Of a stretch of 24,000 nucleotides of DNA, positions 19,515 through 24,000 are shown piece after piece (position 1 is the stretch's first letter; the number at the start of each line of letters is the position of its first letter). The stretch is from Photobacterium lutimaris (lineage in GTDB: Bacteria > Pseudomonadota > Gammaproteobacteria > Enterobacterales > Vibrionaceae). Below the pieces are notes generated by a model. It was not told where the DNA came from. It did no database searches and saw nothing but the letters and a program-made list of their open reading frames with translations. The stretch covers positions 4,987 to 28,986 of the forward strand of contig NZ_PYMH01000016.1 of NCBI RefSeq assembly GCF_003025555.1, read 5' to 3'. The translations under genes and the position numbers were made by a program.

Positions 19515-19535
19515 TTTAGTAAAAGTTTTACTAAA
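19515..19535. promoter_or_regulatory. Candidate EbgR operator: perfect 10-bp inverted repeat
   Basis: TTTAGTAAAA-G-TTTTACTAAA lies 75-95 nt upstream of the ebgA GTG start. Related sequences occur at 20807-20818 (GTTTTACTAAAA) and 21026-21038 (AGTAAA-C-TTTACT) in the ebgR/ygjH intergenic region. Confidence 0.5.
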
Positions 19536-19690
19536 TAGAATCGGTAAAACATGGATGCTTTAACTTGATCACGGTTTTAAACGTTCTTGTACTCAATAGT
19601 GTGATGGCGATTAAGAAAACTCAGAAGGGCGGTTGGCGTGTGATGTGGGAAGTCGATTGAGCGTGGAGAGGTAAGTATAAATAATAAAAA

Positions 19691-19709
19691 AGCGCTGATA
19701 TTCAGCGCT
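19691..19709 (-). terminator. Rho-independent terminator of ebgR
   Basis: On the minus strand, AGCGCTGA-ATA-TCAGCGCT is followed by TTTTTTATTAT, about 28 nt after the ebgR stop. Confidence 0.8.
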
Positions 19710-19736
19710 TTATATGATTACAGGTAAAAGAAGGCG

Positions 19737-20720
<984 letters not shown>

Positions 20721-21016
20721 TTACTTGTATCCATTGGCAAGGCTCACTCACCGTGAGCGGTCTATCAATCGTGTTATTGTAAACAAACTAGACTGTGAAG
20801 TTCCATGTTTTACTAAAATCATTTCAAATAAAGCGTGGATGTATACGGTTAAACTGACGATAGATGACGCAAAGGTATTTAACGTATACCTTGAATTTTT
20901 AACTATTTCTAATGAGTATAATTTGTTACCTAACCGTCAGCTTGTTTTTACAGTGTGCGTATAGCTCAAAAAAAGAACGCGGCTGCTTGCCATCTTGGTG
21001 GCTTCTGGTAAGTTAA

Positions 21017-21388
<372 letters not shown>

Positions 21389-21426
21389 AGAATCTTTTTA
21401 GGCATCTTTTAAGGAAAGGATTATTG

Positions 21427-21984
21427 ATGCGGGCAACGGAGCTTATCTCTGAGTGGCTTAAACAAGATGAAGCCAGGTGCAAGGCGCTGGAATGCGTTCA
21501 GCTGCTTAACCTGCCGCAATGCTATTTGGCGGCAGGTTTTGTCCGTAATTTGGTGTGGGATCACCTGCATGGTTATAGTGAGCCCACACCGCTTAATGAT
21601 CTCGATGTGGTCTATTTCGACCCGGATGAGGACAGCCCCTGCCCGTATCTTGAGTATGAGCGTCGATTAGCGCAATTGCTGCCGGGGCACCAGTGGCAGG
21701 TGCGCAACCAAGCGTTGATGCATCATCGTAATGGTGATGCTCCCTACCGGAGTACGCTGGATGCGATGGGTTATTGGCCCGAGAAAGAAACAGCCGTTGG
21801 CGTTCGGCTAAATAGCCTCGGGGAGTATGAATGCATAGCGGCCTTTGGTTTTGAGTCCTTGTTTGAACTCGAATTAACCCCAAACCCGAAACGGCCTCAT
21901 TCCCTATTTGCCGATCGGGTTAATTGTAAAAATTGGCTTGAACAGTGGCCCAAGCTGCAGGTGTTGCCAGCCCTTGAGGTTTAA
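21427..21984 (+). CDS. Nucleotidyltransferase-family protein (PF06042 / DUF925-like)
   Basis: The pattern is AAGFVRNLVWDHLHG......NDLDVVYFD, that is GG/AG-x-VRN plus a DxD acidic pair typical of the Pol-beta-fold NTP_transf_6 family. AGGAAAGGA precedes the ATG at 21427. It starts 38 nt after ygjH on the same strand. Confidence 0.6.
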   Translation: MRATELISEWLKQDEARCKALECVQLLNLPQCYLAAGFVRNLVWDHLHGYSEPTPLNDLDVVYFDPDEDSPCPYLEYERRLAQLLPGHQWQVRNQALMHHRNGDAPYRSTLDAMGYWPEKETAVGVRLNSLGEYECIAAFGFESLFELELTPNPKRPHSLFADRVNCKNWLEQWPKLQVLPALEV

Positions 21985-22004
21985 TATTGGTCTAGACAAA
22001 AACG

Positions 22005-22032
22005 CCCCTCAACTGACAAGGCCAGTGAGGGG
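22005..22032 (-). terminator. Terminator of the oxidoreductase gene
   Basis: On the minus strand, CCCCTCA, a 14-nt loop, then TGAGGGG, followed by CGTTTTTG, 7 nt after the stop at 22039. Confidence 0.55.
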
Positions 22033-22038
22033 AGGTCA

Positions 22039-23016
22039 TCACGCTGTTAGCACAACCTTACCTGTTGCTTGTTTGGACTCAAGGCGCTGGTGGCCTTTGC
22101 TGACTTCCCAGATACTGTACTGGCTTTCGTCAACAATGGGTTTGATCTGGCCTTCATCGACTAATTTAGCGATATGAGTAAGGATCTCACCGTGTGCTTT
22201 GCGGTTGATACCATAAACCAGAGGGATCGGCATCAATACGCTATGGAAGCTCAGTCCTTTGAGGGCCACCTGTAGTGGATCGCTGATTGGCAGGATTGTC
22301 GCCACTTTCCCGTTATAGCGGGCAGCCTTGAAGCTGTTTTGGATGTGGTCCCCGGCAATGGTGTCGAAGATAGCGTCAAAACCCAACCCGCCAGTCAGTT
22401 GTTGGGTGTAATCCTCCACCGATTGCTGCTCGGCATTGATCACCTGGTCGGCACCTAGGGTGTGGGCAAGGTCGATATTTCTAGCCAAAGACGTGGTGGC
22501 AACGGTTGCCCCCAACACTTTAGCAAGTTGTACCGCAATGTGGCCGACACCGCCGGTTGCACCGTGGATCAGAACGTTGTCACCGGGCTTAATATGCATT
22601 TTGCTTACTAGCGCTTCCCATGCGGTAATCGATACCAGCGGCAGAGCAGCGGCTTCACGCATTGAGAGTATTTGAGGCTTGTGCGCCATCAAATCAGCAT
22701 CAACCAGCATGTACTCGGCAAGCGCTCCTTGTGTACCGGCAATGCCGCCAGCGCAGCCATAAACTTCATCCCCAACCCTGAACTGCTCAACGCCTTCGCC
22801 CACTTCGACGATGACCCCAGCGACATCACCGTGCAGGATTTCCGGTAGGTTGGCTGACCATGGCGTTTCGGCAGAGCGCAGCATGGTATCAAGCGGATTG
22901 ACACTGGTCGCCTTTACTTCGAGCACCAAATGGCCTGCACTTGCCTTGGGCCTATCACGTTCGACCTGTCGGAATACATTGGCATCGCCTAGTGAATCAA
23001 TAATCATCGCTTTCAT
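22039..23016 (-). CDS. Zinc-type alcohol dehydrogenase / NADPH:quinone oxidoreductase (MDR superfamily)
   Basis: MDR pattern present: HLVLEVKATSVNPLD, GDVAGVIVEVGEGV..FRVGDEVYG. The Rossmann motif is VLIHGATGGVGHIAVQLAK. GAGGGGA lies upstream of the ATG. Confidence 0.85.
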   Translation of the reverse strand: MKAMIIDSLGDANVFRQVERDRPKASAGHLVLEVKATSVNPLDTMLRSAETPWSANLPEILHGDVAGVIVEVGEGVEQFRVGDEVYGCAGGIAGTQGALAEYMLVDADLMAHKPQILSMREAAALPLVSITAWEALVSKMHIKPGDNVLIHGATGGVGHIAVQLAKVLGATVATTSLARNIDLAHTLGADQVINAEQQSVEDYTQQLTGGLGFDAIFDTIAGDHIQNSFKAARYNGKVATILPISDPLQVALKGLSFHSVLMPIPLVYGINRKAHGEILTHIAKLVDEGQIKPIVDESQYSIWEVSKGHQRLESKQATGKVVLTA

Positions 23017-23081
23017 TGTAGTCCCCTCGTGTTTGGAAGCGGGGTCAGTCTATTGGTTGCGTTAACTGCAATCCATGCACC

Positions 23082-23106
23082 AAAAGACAAGTATATTTTG
23101 TCTTTT
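23082..23106. promoter_or_regulatory. Inverted repeat in the divergent LysR/oxidoreductase intergenic region; candidate LysR-type binding site
   Basis: AAAAGACAA-GTATATT-TTGTCTTTT has 9-bp arms with a 7-nt spacer. It is itself flanked by ATGCA...ATGCA, about 50 nt upstream of the LysR ATG. Confidence 0.45.
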
Positions 23107-23154
23107 ATGCAAAGTATGCTTAGGTAGAATACCTCTCCTTACTTGGAGATAGAG

Positions 23155-24000
23155 ATGATCAAACGACTGCAATATTTCAATGCTGTGGTGGAAACCGGCA
23201 GTATTTCCGAGACCAGCCGAGTGTTTGATGTCCAGCCTTCTTCAGTTTCGCGCCAATTGGCGGCACTGGAGAAAGAGCTCGGCGTAAGGTTGATTAACCG
23301 CAATACCCGAACCGTATCGCTTACCGAGGCCGGGCAGACGTTCTACAGTTTTTCTCAACATATAGTTGCTAGCCTTGATGAGGCGCGCAGAACGATCAAT
23401 GAGCTGCAGGAGATCCCAAAAGGGAAGTTGGTGGTCAGCTCAACGGTGGGATATGGTGAGGCTGTTGTGCTGCCATTGATCAATGAATTTCGCCAGCGCT
23501 ACCCCGACGTTGAGATCCGCCTTGAGCTGAGTGAGCGAGTCACCGATCTGATAGAAGATAATATTGATGTGGCGATCCGAAGTGGTGAGCTGGCGGATTC
23601 CTCATTGGTGGCCAGGAAACTTCAGGACAATGACTTTATCCTATGTGCCAGCCCTGAATATATTGAGGCAGCCCCAGAGCTGGTGTCTCCGGCTACCTTG
23701 GCTGAGCAGCAATGCATTCGATATGGTTACGCGGGGTGGCAGAACTGGTATCTGATGGGCGATGAGTTGGAAAAGCTCAATATCGGTGCAGGGCTTGAAG
23801 TGAATACGGTGAATGGTCAAAAGCAGTTACTGCTTAATCATTGTGGTATTGCACTCATTCCGCACTGGGCGGTGGCCAATGAATTGGCGGATGGAAGGTT
23901 GAAGCAAGTGCTGGCTGATCACCATTTTAGTCCACAGGCGACATCAACCGCGACGTATGCCATTTACCTCAAGCGGGAGTTGGTATCACCCAAGGTGCGG
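23155..24000 (+). CDS. LysR-family transcriptional regulator (partial; runs off the right end of the window)
   Basis: Not in the ORF track because there is no stop in the window. Hand translation from the ATG at 23155 (GGAGATAGAG upstream) gives MIKRLQYFNAVVETGSISETSRVFDVQPSSVSRQLAALEKELGVRLINRNTRTVSLTEAGQTFY..., the canonical LysR HTH. It is open for all 282 codons to 24000. Confidence 0.88.
   Translation, partial: MIKRLQYFNAVVETGSISETSRVFDVQPSSVSRQLAALEKELGVRLINRNTRTVSLTEAGQTFYSFSQHIVASLDEARRTINELQEIPKGKLVVSSTVGYGEAVVLPLINEFRQRYPDVEIRLELSERVTDLIEDNIDVAIRSGELADSSLVARKLQDNDFILCASPEYIEAAPELVSPATLAEQQCIRYGYAGWQNWYLMGDELEKLNIGAGLEVNTVNGQKQLLLNHCGIALIPHWAVANELADGRLKQVLADHHFSPQATSTATYAIYLKRELVSPKVR

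Overview
The window looks like chromosomal DNA from a gammaproteobacterium, probably a Vibrionaceae-like genome. That guess rests on tRNA sequences, protein similarities to E. coli and an apparent mid-40s % GC judged by eye, not computed. Most of it is ordinary metabolic and transport cargo.

Gene content, left to right:
- A tctCBA-type tripartite tricarboxylate transporter operon on the minus strand, led by a GlcG/DUF336-like gene.
- An enoyl-CoA hydratase family gene.
- An iron-type alcohol dehydrogenase.
- A Tat-signal intradiol-dioxygenase-like protein.
- deoD plus an MFS transporter.
- A Crp/Fnr-type regulator.
- A complete ygjH / ebgR-ebgA-ebgC-ygjI block, syntenic with E. coli.
- A PF06042-like nucleotidyltransferase.
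- A divergent quinone-oxidoreductase / LysR pair. The LysR gene runs off the right edge.

Unusual parts (none is a recognisable complete novel system):
1. The tRNA loci. There are two identical tRNA-Ser(UGA) genes and one tRNA-Asp(GUC). There are also three extra partial 3' tRNA copies, and each sits in front of its own terminator hairpin. One partial copy (1529-1555) marks the edge of visibly AT-rich, decayed DNA at the left end. That DNA carries an ABC exporter 3' end and an ORF broken by an in-frame stop. The other two partial copies are themselves split by short GC-rich inserts.
2. An AT-rich islet (about 6930-8100) beside the tRNA-Ser/Asp operon. It carries a translationally coupled three-gene cassette of very small proteins, two of them Cys4 zinc-ribbon proteins, one with an Ogr/Delta-like cysteine pattern.

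I saw no CRISPR array, integrase, transposase or IS element. All coordinates were counted by hand from the printed sequence.
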